NCBI GenBank assembly: GCA_000004985.1
Contig: GG738848.1
Length of the DNA: 64,000 nt
From: Naegleria gruberi
Lineage: Eukaryota
Direction: 5' to 3' (one strand)
The notes beneath the pieces are model-generated. The model was not told the DNA's origin and did no database searches. It worked only from the letters and a program-made list of their open reading frames with translations. The position numbers and the translations under genes were made by a program. This document shows, piece after piece, positions 11,152-21,355 of this stretch (the stretch's first letter is position 1; the number at the start of each line of letters is the position of its first letter).

Positions 11152-12411
11152 ATGAAAAGACACACCACAGAGGAAGCATCATCTCCATCAAAATCCAGCA
11201 AAACTGTGCCAACAGCTGCACCTTTTTCATCGGAGAGTTTGGCACAAATTTTGTGTTTTCTACATGTTGAAGATGTTGTGAGTGCTTCGATGGTTTCTAA
11301 TCAGTGGAATGCAACTTGTATTGATTATCAGGAAACTATCTGGAAGGCTGTCTGTTACAATTCATTGAATGATCTGGAAAAGTATCCATTCATGAAGAAT
11401 GTTAAAGGAGGAACATTTGATATTCAAGCTTATGAGGGAATTTATTCTTCATGGAAGGAAACTTTTGTTAAAATGTAGGTTTAAAGTTTAGCTTTCACAT
11501 AATTACTATTATCATGGTGAAGGTTTTATGGACAACTCAAGGAATTTACATCCCAATATCAAATGTATGTGAATGAAGTGTTTGCTGATGTAGAGGATAA
11601 GGAGAATATATTAGAGACCATGAAGAAGAGATCCACTCTTGCAATTCCCTACACTTTTAAAGGTCAACAACAAGAGCAAAATGAAGTATTTGGAGACGAG
11701 GGGACTGAAGAAAAGAAAGATGATGAGGAAAAAGATGAAGATGAAGAAGGAGATTGCAAAGACAATACCCCTATTGGATCAAGTAAGATTGGTGGACTTC
11801 CTGACCTACCAAAAGGAATGAAATGGCCAAATGTAATCGATGACGAAGAACAATTGCTCAAGTTTGTGTGTCAAATCGATTTGAGAGATCTCAAAAACTA
11901 TCACTCAGTTAAGGGAATATTACCAAGATGTGGCTGGTTGTTTTGCTTTATTGATTGGGAGAATTTGGAAAGTGATGACTACAAAGAACCATATTCTTTC
12001 TATTGGAATGGACCTATTGATATGCTTGAAAGGGTGAAACCAGAAGATGGATTGGAATATGAAGAGAGTAAGGTAGCTCAAATACAGTTCAAAAAGGAAG
12101 TAGTTCAACCACTCTCACCAGAAAATGCTCTTCGTATGGATGTTAACGAAAAATACTCAAGCAGTAAAGCTGATTTGGGAACATCAGTAATGGGATATCC
12201 TGAAGCAGTTCAATCAGAAGATGAAATGATTTGTGATGATCGTTATTTCATTCTCCAATATCAAAATATGTCACTGAACAACAATCTGGTTGATACTGCT
12301 GACTCTGTATTTTATTGGATGCTCCCTTTAGAAAGTCATGAAAAAATCAGAAATATCAAAGATGATAAGAAACAAATCAGAGTTCCACTATTCACAACCT
12401 TCCAATGTTGA
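11152..12411 (+). CDS. F-box protein fused to a DUF1963 (YwqG-like) domain; proposed exons 11152..11474 and 11523..12411
   Basis: Exon 1 carries an F-box-like motif (LAQILCFLHVEDVVSASMVSNQWNATCIDYQETIWK). The downstream ORF 11563..12411 carries DUF1963-like motifs (SKIGGLPDLPKGMKWP; LLKFVCQIDLRDL; GWLFCFIDWE). Both lie in the same frame, separated by one TAG. A 48-nt GT..AG intron (aaaat|gtaggt ... gtgaag|) removes that stop and keeps the frame. The alternative is two separate genes. Confidence 0.5.
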
Positions 12412-12724
12412 GTATTAAATGTCAAAAATAGTTTTGTAACATATCAAAGTTTACAACATTGGTTGTAAACCCTGAAAACACCCAAAATTTATTAAAAAAT
12501 TTACGCAGCTTTAAATTATACACTTTAACTCTATAGGTATTGGTGGCGAGTTGAATTGATAGAGCTCTGTAAGCTTTTTTGGCTCATTAAGGTTGTGATT
12601 CTAAACTAAATTTATTAAAAAAATGCAACACGTCGCTATCAAGAACATAAAGAGAAACTCCTGTTAGATTCACCTGGTCAAAAAACACTTGTTGAAAGCC
12701 AACCTACGATTTAATCATCATGTT

Positions 12725-13344
12725 ATGGAAGAAACAGAAAAGGTGATGAAGCAAATGAGTACAAAAATACTAGAGGTTTAAACTCACATACTCTAATTGG
12801 ACCAAGAGGTATTGGTAGCACCATTGATATTCCCAAAAATCATTCCCATTTATATCTCATACTTAGAAATTGAAAATGAGCTGTTTCTCCAAAACCACAC
12901 TGTTTTGGAGATTGGGGAGATGGTGCTAAATGAACAGGGTATTACAATTGAAACAGAGGGAGGAAGATCTAACAACATTACGAGAGCTCTACAAAGGGAA
13001 GATAAGTTTGTACTTGTATTGTAGATGAAATAGATCAATGTTATTGTATCAAGTTACTCCACACGGTTATAGCGAAACTCTTATCAAGATCATTAGGAGA
13101 ACTGGCTTCCATTGGTGATAACAGTAGTGGAAGATTTTCGGCTGCTATATGTAGTTCTTCTTCACGAATTTCATTACTTGTTAATGCTAATGGTAAAAAA
13201 GATGCTGTTACAGTTAAAGAGTTTCCTCATATTGCTTGTTCCCCTAATTTGAATGGAAATAAGTTTAGAGTACGTTTTTTACATCTCTCCATGTTGAATC
13301 AAACCCTCAGGCCTTGGGTACAATACAAGAGGGCATTGAAGTAG
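12725..13344 (+). CDS. Candidate multi-exon roadblock/LC7 (dynein light chain)-like gene; exon structure unresolved
   Basis: Short coding segments read MEETEKVMKQMSTKILE (ATG at 12725), then ...VLEIGEMVLNEQGITIETEGG... (around 12880-13010), then ...RISLLVNANGKKDAVTVKEFPHIACSP... (13063-13341, TAG at 13342). They loosely resemble the roadblock N-terminus (VVNTEGIPIKS) and core (FLRIRSKKNEIMVAPD). I could not find phase-consistent splice junctions. Confidence 0.25.
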
Positions 13345-13788
13345 ACGATTTGGATCATTGGATTTTCCATCTATTTGATAGAGACTTCATAACAGTTTGT
13401 AAGATCAACAATGGAAGACCAGACGAAATTTACCCCTACTCGCTCCACATGTTGTTAAGATGAAATGACAGAGAGTGTTAAAAAAGAGGATGCAAGAAGA
13501 ATGTCGGTATGGTTTCATGAAATGTGGGATGGTAACTCTACTTCTAAGAACCTTGCACTAATTGCATTTGCAGTATGCCAAAGCACTTTGAGAGGTTTCT
13601 AATTATTTTGATCAAAGGTTTTTGAATAAAAGTTGACCTTTTGTCTTGGCACATCACAAATAATTGCCTCACGAACAAGATACTAATTATACTTTAATAT
13701 TGACCTTGCATGCCTGCTAGGACGGTCTTCAAAACACCTTCCAATGTTAACAATTCTATCAATTTACATAATTTATTGTAATTGTTCA

Positions 13789-14641
13789 CTATTGGGTATT
13801 CTTATAAATTTTCTTCACTAGAGTGGCATGATGTTCAAGCTCCTCCTTTTGTTGCTCAATTATCTTAACCAGCTCCTTCTTTGAAGTTATTGATTCCATT
13901 ATTGTTTCAAAGTTACTCGATATTTTTTCAATTAGGGACCTTGTTGAGTTGTGAGATTGACTTGTTAAATGAGCTCTTTGTAAGGCTCCATTTAATTCAT
14001 CTATCGTTTAGAGTTGGAATCACAATCAAAAATTTAGTGTCAAACTTACCAATCATTTCTCTCATTTCCAGAATTTGTCGTTCTCTTTCTAAATATTTTC
14101 TTTTGAGATTGTTTACATATTGTTGATGTCTCGAAACGAGTCCAGAGTATTCCCTAGCAACTTGAATAGCTCTCTTCTCTCTTAGTCTTGAATTTTGATA
14201 CTCCTTTTGAAGTTTTATCACCATGTATCGCAGTCTTTGTTTTTCAACATCATTGGAACCATCATTCCCTAAAATTACAGCCGTGTTATTCGGAGATCCA
14301 TTGCTGGACGTGGAAACAGACATTATTTTCTTAATGTTTCGCTGAGAGTTTTGTTGAGGAAGTGACTTTGGTGAGAGATGATTTTTTACCTTCTCTCTAA
14401 TTGCACTCAGCTTGGCATCAATTTCATCCGTTTGTTTTTGAAATTCTCTTCTTGTTGTTGTTAAATTCCCCCTTTTCTCAGGTGTTGTTTCTAACACAGA
14501 CGATTCGGACTCTCTTTCATCTCTATCATCTATGGATCTTATTATTAATTCACTTAGTTGTTTTTTAATTTCATTAAGCTCATCCGAAGAATCTCTCGAT
14601 TTGTTATCCAACGATACATTATGTAATTGTTTTAATATCAT
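13789..14641 (-). CDS. Coiled-coil protein, function unknown; at least two exons, complement(13789..14000, 14050..14641), with a possible further upstream exon up to about 14930
   Basis: The ORF 13997..14641 is charged and heptad-rich (…EKQRLRYMVIKLQKEYQNSRLREKRAIQ…). It runs straight into G|gtaagt at 14049. A 49-nt intron ending ...cgatag continues in frame as DELNGALQRAHLTS...KELVKIIEQQKEELEHHATLVKKIYKNTQ, with a stop at 13789-13791. Confidence 0.45.
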
Positions 14642-14945
14642 TTCCTCATCAAGATTGGAAACAAGTTTTTTCCCTACATGAATTGGTAAATTCCTTAAAA
14701 TTATAAATATTAAACTTACAGAATTCTAGCTCTCTTTCATCCCCATCAGAATTATTTTCAGTGTGTTTATCTGTATTATCAGTAATTTCCTTTGACTCTA
14801 TTCGTTCATCCTTGTACAACAAATGGGATCGATTAGGTTTTTTAAGGCTTAATTTTTTCATCTTTTTTTTAATATTTTTTTTATAACAGAAAATTAGTGG
14901 AGGGAGTTTATTGTTCGTTAAATTGCCCATTCAAATAAATGTCGT

Positions 14946-15787
14946 CTAGCCAATTGTTAAATCATCATTATACATGAGATGGATGGCAGGAATGTAATAG
15001 TCATCTCTAATCCCCAACTCTTCAAACTCTCCATCTTCATCCTCAATTCCATTCTCAGATAAGGTTTTTTCTACAATTCATTTTACGATAGGACCAATTA
15101 GTGATATTAAATTGTGAACTTACCCATATCTAAAACTTCTCCTAGTCGTTTCCATGTGTAACTTGCTGCATGAGCATTGAAAACCAAGTATCTATCCAAA
15201 ATCTCCCTTAATGTCTCCTCAGAACAGACTTCCAATTGATGATCATCTTGTGTTAGTGTATTGATAATTCTTATAAATCGGGTTTTCCTTGATAAATACC
15301 CAATCATGTACTTTGAGTCTTGCCACCAAGGCACTACAGGAATCACTTCTTGAGTTTTTGATTTTGCTTCATAAGGTGGTGCAGGTACATGTAAAAATCT
15401 CTTCATTGGTGTATAGAAGGCTCTTTCGTTAATGATTGGATCTATCCATGTTTTTACATCTTGTGTTGTTGCATCAAACCAATGGGAAATATCCCTTCCA
15501 GCATTAGCAACAATTGGTTCAATTAATACAGAAGCTAAAATCCAATTTGATCATTATTCCGATTTGTAGTATAGTGATTACATACTTTTGTTTAGAGCAA
15601 TGAGTGGAGTAAGGTTGTACACCTTATTTAAAAACGACACCCAACAATCACTAGCACAATTATGTTCACTCACTTCATAGGGTGTATAAAATCTCCTCTT
15701 CTTTGCATTCAAAGTCAAGTTATGATATTCCAATGGTGGAAGAGCACTGGCAGTTGATGATGCTCCCTCCGATGATGAACCACTCAT
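14946..15787 (-). CDS. CYB5D1: Cytochrome b5 domain-containing protein 1 (CYB5D1) orthologue, a cilia-associated protein; three exons, complement(14946..15070, 15124..15534, 15586..15787)
   Basis: Exon 1 carries a cyt-b5-like heme-binding motif (YTPYEVSEHNCASDCWVSFLNKVYNLT). Exon 2 (…RDISHWFDATTQDVKTWIDPII…KRFLHVPAPP…WWQDSKYMIGYLSRKTRFIRIINTLTQDDHQLEV…YLVFNAHAASYTWK) and exon 3 (…ENGIEDEDGEFEELGIRDDYYIPAIHLMYNDDLTIG*) align along the length of human CYB5D1. The 51- and 53-nt introns are phase-consistent with gtatgt/gtaagt donors. Confidence 0.75.
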
Positions 15788-16653
15788 TCTTTTTTGCTTG
15801 AAATAACGTAATTGAATGGCGCCAAATTACATCCACCTACCGTAAATAACATCATCGGGATTTATTGCTACAATCTATTTCTCTAATTTTGTGTTGATTT
15901 GTACTGCCATTACGTTGTGATGGGTCGGTTTTCTCTCATTCCTACTATTGATAGGAGTTAGTGCTGTCCAATGATTAGTCAACAGTTTCTGCTTCTAATT
16001 ATTTAACAAGGTGAATTAAAGTAGATAATTGTTGAGGTAATTTTCTAATGCATGAAACAAAGTGAGTGGCACAATACTTTCAAAGGACTTTTTGTGGCAG
16101 TTTAGAATGACATTAACAAATCAATATTAGAAAACTTTTCCCAATTTTCTCAAGTCGCCAATTTATTGACCCTTTAAAGCCACAACGATTCGTTCTGTCT
16201 CGTCGTTAGCCTTGTGAATTTCCATTCTCCAATTTCCAACACTTCAATAGTTTACTAATAACAAGACGACTCGAAACTGCATCAAAACAACAAACCACTT
16301 TATATAATTGGTTGTGGTGGATTGTCAATTTGATTGTAATTTGAAATTAATTGCCATGCAACAATAGAAATGACCAAATCATAAGATGAACACTATGAAG
16401 TAACGAATTTCATAACCGAATCCTCTTTCTGTGCAGTAAGTGAACAAGGAAAAGCGCAAGTCGTTTGTCAAAATCGAACGAGAGCATCCTCAACACGCTC
16501 ATGTCAGAGAGTTTTAGGCTCTCAGAGGGCAAAGAGAATTGACACGATAGACGGATGACATTGTTTTTTCCAACAGCAAAAAAAATCCATCATCACCCTC
16601 TTCTTTTTATTCAAAAATCTTTCCCACCATACTTTCATTAGAAAATACACAAA

Positions 16654-17837
16654 ATGTCTAATAACAAAACTTGTAAAGTTGTCGCTGTTGGTAAGTATTT
16701 ACTATTGAATTCAAAGTTTATTAATTTGAATTTACAGGTGACGGTGCTGTCGGTACGTAGGAGAAGAAATTTCGTTGTTGATTATTAATTGATGGTTTTA
16801 AATTGACATTTGACAATAACAGGAAAGACTTGTTTGTTGATGGTCTATGTTAATAATGAATTTCCGGAGGATTACATTCCTGTAAGTAAAATAGCCTAAA
16901 CTTGTTGTTATAACCTTTCATCATCATCATAGACTGTCTTTGATAAGTATGTATTTGTGCGCTCTATTTGATGAATTAAATTCATCCAAATCACATCATT
17001 CTAATAACAACAATAACAAAATAATATATAGCTATGATACCAATGTAAAATACCAAGATAGTGTTGTTCGTTTGAGTTTATGGGATACAGCTGGTCAAGT
17101 AAGTAATAATTCGTTCATGAAAAAATTAATGCTAAATTGATGAAAATTTCAATTATTTGATTTTGTTTTTCTAACATTGTTCCATGATGAATACGTATTC
17201 ACTCTCTTCCTAAACGTTAAATAGGAAGGTAAATATTATTATTTATTTAAATTTATATTCATGGTGATGATTTATTATAATAGAGTAAGTATTATTCTTG
17301 TTCAATAATTATTGAAGGTTTACTTTCTTCTTGCTTGTTTATTTTGAAAATTTCTCTATTATTCAAAAATAGATATGATCGTCTGAGATATCTTTCATAT
17401 CCAAATACCAACGTTTTTATTGTTTGTTTCTCCGTAAATAGTAGATCATCATATGATAACGTTAAAGAAAAGGTAAGTTTCGAATATTTTACTGAGCAGT
17501 AAAGCTCACATACGTTTAGTGGCTTAAGGAATTGAATGAATACAGCAAGGGAACACCAATCATTCTCGTTGCCACCAAGATCGATATCAGAGATGACAAG
17601 GCAATGATTGAACAATTAGCTAAAGATGGTGAAAAAGTTCTCACAGCAGAAGAAGGTGAAAAACTTGCAAAGGAAATCGGAGCAGCCCACTACATTGAAA
17701 CATCAGCTCGTACACGAAAGGGTGTTGATGAAATTTTCCAAAAAGCTTTGGATGTTCGTTTTGCTAAAGGAGGAAAAGCTGCAACTCCAAGCAATGAATC
17801 TAAAGGAAATGGTGATGGATGTTGTATTTTAATGTAA
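16654..17837 (+). CDS. Rac/Rho-family small GTPase with C-terminal CAAX (CILM); at least 7 micro-introns; one junction does not keep frame
   Basis: Exons are 16654..16690 ([13 protein letters not shown]), 16738..16752 (DGAV), 16823..16881 ([20 protein letters not shown]), 16933..16946 (TVFD-N), 17032..17098 ([22 protein letters not shown]), a 4-nt exon gaag at 17225..17228, 17373..17472 (..[33 protein letters not shown]) and 17520..17837 ([26 protein letters not shown]...CCILM*). All introns are 46-126 nt with gtaagt, gtacgt or gtatgt donors. The junction gaag | atatgatcgt is one nucleotide short of giving EDYDRLR. Confidence 0.7.
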
Positions 17838-18140
17838 AGTACAATAATTGACAACTCAAAGAATTTATATTTATATTGAAATCAAATGGAAAAGAAAACA
17901 TTTTCTTTACATATCTCTCTTCACACAAATTTTTCAAAACTTTCACATAATCACTACTCACACTCCTTCAACACTACCAATGTCCAAAAAAACACACAAC
18001 TAGATTTTGTACGATATTATTAAACAGTAAAATTCTTTATTTGTTAATTGACTAGATCTTGGTGCTGAACACATTATCATTAACTCAAACCATGTTGTGA
18101 AATTTGATCTAGTCCTTCACACAGTAAAGATAACAACGCT

Positions 18141-18170
18141 GTCTTTTTTGGTCAATCAATTTGTTGGCAA
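18141..18170. repeat. Exact 30-nt repeat, copy 1 (gtcttttttggtcaatcaatttgttggcaa), intergenic between the Rac-like gene and the F-box/LRR gene
   Basis: The 30-mer is identical to 22580..22609. Similarity continues after a 14-nt indel (ttttaacaccaagaatc versus atttcacaccaagaagg). Confidence 0.7.
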
Positions 18171-18734
18171 TTTTAACACCAAGAATCAGTAGAGGTTCTG
18201 ACTATTAATTCATTAGGTATTTATTTTCAAAAGAAACGAATCACTGATCCATGATACACTCAAGATGAAGTTCCTTTCAGAAATACAACAGTTTCCTATC
18301 CTTTGGAAGATGGCAGAATTATAAGATTTAACGTAAATTCGTATATTTCATAATATATAACTGGTGATCAACTCTTTCAAGTTTTATCTTCGGAAATTCG
18401 TACAACTTCATCTTTCTAAACCAGTTTCTCCATTCAAGAGATGTTTGAAATTGGTTAGATTTGTTTTAACTCTATTCAGGAGTTTATGCCAAACAATTAA
18501 TTGATTCCATAAGAAAGTAATAAATTCAATTAAAATTAAAAGTTTTAAATTGAAAAAAATGCTTTCACAAAATTGTCAATTACGGCAACAACCCATCAAG
18601 TCGCCATCAGCAAGAATATTTCATTCGATTGGATTGCAATCTGTTGAATGGAACTAAAGCAAAATGGACCACATATTAGGAATTAGTATTTCTGGTGATT
18701 AAAGTTCCACAACAAAAATTAACAAATTAAAAAA

Positions 18735-20036
18735 ATGGAAAGAGATGATGCATTTCATGATGATGTTATTTATGAAATTTTATCATTTCATGATGATTTT
18801 AAATTTCTTGTCATGAATTGTTCGTTGGTTTCTAAACAATGGTACCATGTTGTGTTAACAATGTGCAAGCAAATGACATTGAAATGCCATTCCGATGTAA
18901 ATGGTCACTTTATACAAAATATTGCAAATCTTGTGATTGAAAAACAATCCAATGTTTACAAGAATTTATTATTGATGAAATCATTGACAAAACTGTGTAT
19001 TTCATATGGCAATAAGAATAAGAAATTCAAAGTTGATGATGAAACACTTCAATACATTGGTGAATTGAAACAATTAACAAGTCTTCATATTCATGGAATT
19101 GGTATTGATAATGTTTGGGACATAGCTGATTTGAAACAATTAACAGAACTTGACATCTCTGATAATAAGATTAATTCTGAAGGAGCTAGAGTTATCAGCG
19201 AATCATTTAAACATTTAACAAAGCTTGATATATCCAACAATACTATTGATGTAGGAACCAAATATATAAGCCAATTGAAACAATTGACCTATCTGGATGT
19301 TTCTAATAATGAAATTGAAGAAGAGGATGTTAAATATATTGGAAATATGAACGGATTAACAAGTCTATCTATTCAGTACAATCATATTGGTAATATTGGT
19401 GCTCAATACATTAGTGGACTGAAACAGATAACTACTCTCTCTATTTATAGCGGTGATATTGGTGATGAAGGAGCTAAATATATCAGTGAAATGAAACAAT
19501 TAACAAATCTGAATATTGGTTTCAATAATATCAATATAAGAGGAGCTATACACATTTCTAAATTGAAACAATTGACAGAACTTTCTATTTCTGCGAATAA
19601 CTTTGGTTCTGGAGGACTTAAATACATTACTCAATTAAAACAATTAACAAAACTTTATTGCTGTGACAGTGAAATTGATAGTGAGGGAGTTAAATATATA
19701 AGTGAAATGAAACAATTAACAGATGTTGACCTTAGTTATAATAACATTAACAGTGAAGGAGTTAAATATCTTAACAAATTGAAAAAATTAACTAAACTTT
19801 ATATAGGAGGCAATGATTTAGGTAATAAAGGAGCTATGTACATAAGCAGACTGAACCAATTAACACATCTAGATATTTGTAGAAATAATGTTAGTGATGA
19901 AGGATTCAAGTCAATTAGTAAAATGAAACAATTGAGCAGTCTGTTTATTTCTGAAAATACTATTTCTGGTGAAGGAGTTGAATACATACGTAAAATGACA
20001 CAAGCAGCAAGTATTTGTGTGGACTTTGGAGATTAG
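18735..20036 (+). CDS. F-box / RNI-type leucine-rich-repeat protein; single exon; paralogue of 9651..11054
   Basis: ATG at 18735. The N-terminal F-box-like segment is DDVIYEILSFHDDFKFLVMNCSLVSKQWYHVV. About thirteen 24-aa repeats follow (LTxLDISxNxIxxEGAKYISxLKQLT), the same repeat type as the gene at 9651..11054 on the opposite strand. Confidence 0.75.
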   Translation: MERDDAFHDDVIYEILSFHDDFKFLVMNCSLVSKQWYHVVLTMCKQMTLKCHSDVNGHFIQNIANLVIEKQSNVYKNLLLMKSLTKLCISYGNKNKKFKVDDETLQYIGELKQLTSLHIHGIGIDNVWDIADLKQLTELDISDNKINSEGARVISESFKHLTKLDISNNTIDVGTKYISQLKQLTYLDVSNNEIEEEDVKYIGNMNGLTSLSIQYNHIGNIGAQYISGLKQITTLSIYSGDIGDEGAKYISEMKQLTNLNIGFNNINIRGAIHISKLKQLTELSISANNFGSGGLKYITQLKQLTKLYCCDSEIDSEGVKYISEMKQLTDVDLSYNNINSEGVKYLNKLKKLTKLYIGGNDLGNKGAMYISRLNQLTHLDICRNNVSDEGFKSISKMKQLSSLFISENTISGEGVEYIRKMTQAASICVDFGD

Positions 20037-20239
20037 TTTAGATTAGTTTTAACTTTAACGTATAAACTTGTGGATTCAATCTTGACCAATTTAAATCATA
20101 ATTGTTTTTATCAATATTCTTTGAATCAATTTCTTATTAATTAGAGATGGAGTAGACACACATTTTTTCTAATTTAAATTATGAATAAGCATTTAAGGTA
20201 TTTGATAACAATTAAGGTTACGCAAATGCTTTGAATGAA

Positions 20240-20312
20240 GCTGGCGTAGCTCAGTCGGTAGAGCGTTGGTCTAATAAGCCATTGGTCGCCGGTTCGATCC
20301 CGTCCGTCAGCA
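20240..20312 (+). tRNA. tRNA-Ile (anticodon AAT)
   Basis: The 73-nt cloverleaf was folded by hand. The acceptor is GCTGGCG/CGTCAGC with one G-U pair, the D stem is GCTC/GAGC, the anticodon loop is CTAATAA (AAT), and the T loop is GGTTCGATCC. There is one C-U mismatch in the T stem (50-64). No CCA is encoded and a T4 run lies 3 nt downstream. Confidence 0.8.
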
Positions 20313-20558
20313 ATACGTTTTGCTTATTGGTTTTGAAGTTAAATTCTCACAGCAATTTTTCTTAATAATGGACACAAGATAACCTACATACTCTATCTCC
20401 AGCTTGTTTGTTATCAGCAAGTTGAATTTTTGACATATGATCTTTTTCAGGCTATTCTGACCTTTAAAATTTTGAGGAGGTGGGGTTTATAAACAACAAT
20501 AATGATGAGTAACCTCACGGTGTTTGAAGAACATTCATTGAAAGTTTGAATTTGAAAT

Positions 20559-21062
20559 TTATTTTATCAACAACAACCGTTTAGTACTGCACTCGAGTCG
20601 TTGTGTTGCTAATGATATCCTTATAGATTTTTTCATTGGGTTCGTTTGAGTTGAAGAACGCAAAAACATCTTTCCCAAGAAAATTTTGTAAACCCAATCC
20701 ACTTCAATACCACCATTTGAGATTTTTAACCAAGACTGTTTGCATGGTAGATACTCATATGTAAGATTGTTTTCATCATCTAAATAACAGGTTTCAGCAA
20801 TAAGCAGAGCTCCGTCCTCTCCGTTCTGTCCAATGACTTCTAGAATGTCTTCTGAATATCTGAATACTACTATCACCAATGTAACACTCACAGCATCGCT
20901 TTGCAAACTTGGTTTTGAAGTGACCGGAAGTTTGGGAAGTAGTTTCACAGCTTCGTTAATTTCAGTTTGTATATGTTTCAAGTTGAATGAATCCTCTTGT
21001 TTTAGCTTAATTTCTAATAGCATTAGTTTATGGGGTTTATTAAAGGTAAACAGAGAAACCAC
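20559..21062 (-). CDS. Hypothetical protein; no recognisable domain
   Basis: A 167-codon ORF whose ORF-track start is GTG. The first ATG is 13 codons in, so an upstream exon is possible. The composition looks coding, but I recognise no family. Confidence 0.3.
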   Translation of the reverse strand: MVSLFTFNKPHKLMLLEIKLKQEDSFNLKHIQTEINEAVKLLPKLPVTSKPSLQSDAVSVTLVIVVFRYSEDILEVIGQNGEDGALLIAETCYLDDENNLTYEYLPCKQSWLKISNGGIEVDWVYKIFLGKMFLRSSTQTNPMKKSIRISLATQRLECSTKRLLLIK

Positions 21063-21355
21063 TATTTAATGGTATTGGAACACCGAAACAAAAATTGGTT
21101 ATATTTGACTGCTTCAAAATGAATGGAAGGGAATCATATTTATGGCTAATTATTGTAGATTGTGGTAGCAAACTAGGAATTATATCTGTTTGAACTTCCT
21201 GGGTTGTTAATAAGTGTGTTTGAATATTCGATTACAAATTTTTCCAAAGGTACTTTCTTCTCCTGAGATCAATGAGCTTATCTGATCTACCAAAACATCC
21301 ATTGCTGCTAACTCCAAAAATTTAGACTTATCGAATATGGGAGCTAGTGTATAAG

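Noticed and set aside
12797-13024. ORF 12797..13024 as a standalone gene
   Set aside because: It starts on TTG, has no ATG, and its ends coincide with splice-like signals. It is more likely an internal exon of the roadblock-like candidate.
16430-16560. U6 snRNA assignment for the G+C-rich patch
   Set aside because: Short shared words such as GGATGACA, GAACGA and CAGAGA occur in the wrong order. There is no ACAGAGA-AGATTAGCA core. Kept only as a low-interest candidate ncRNA.
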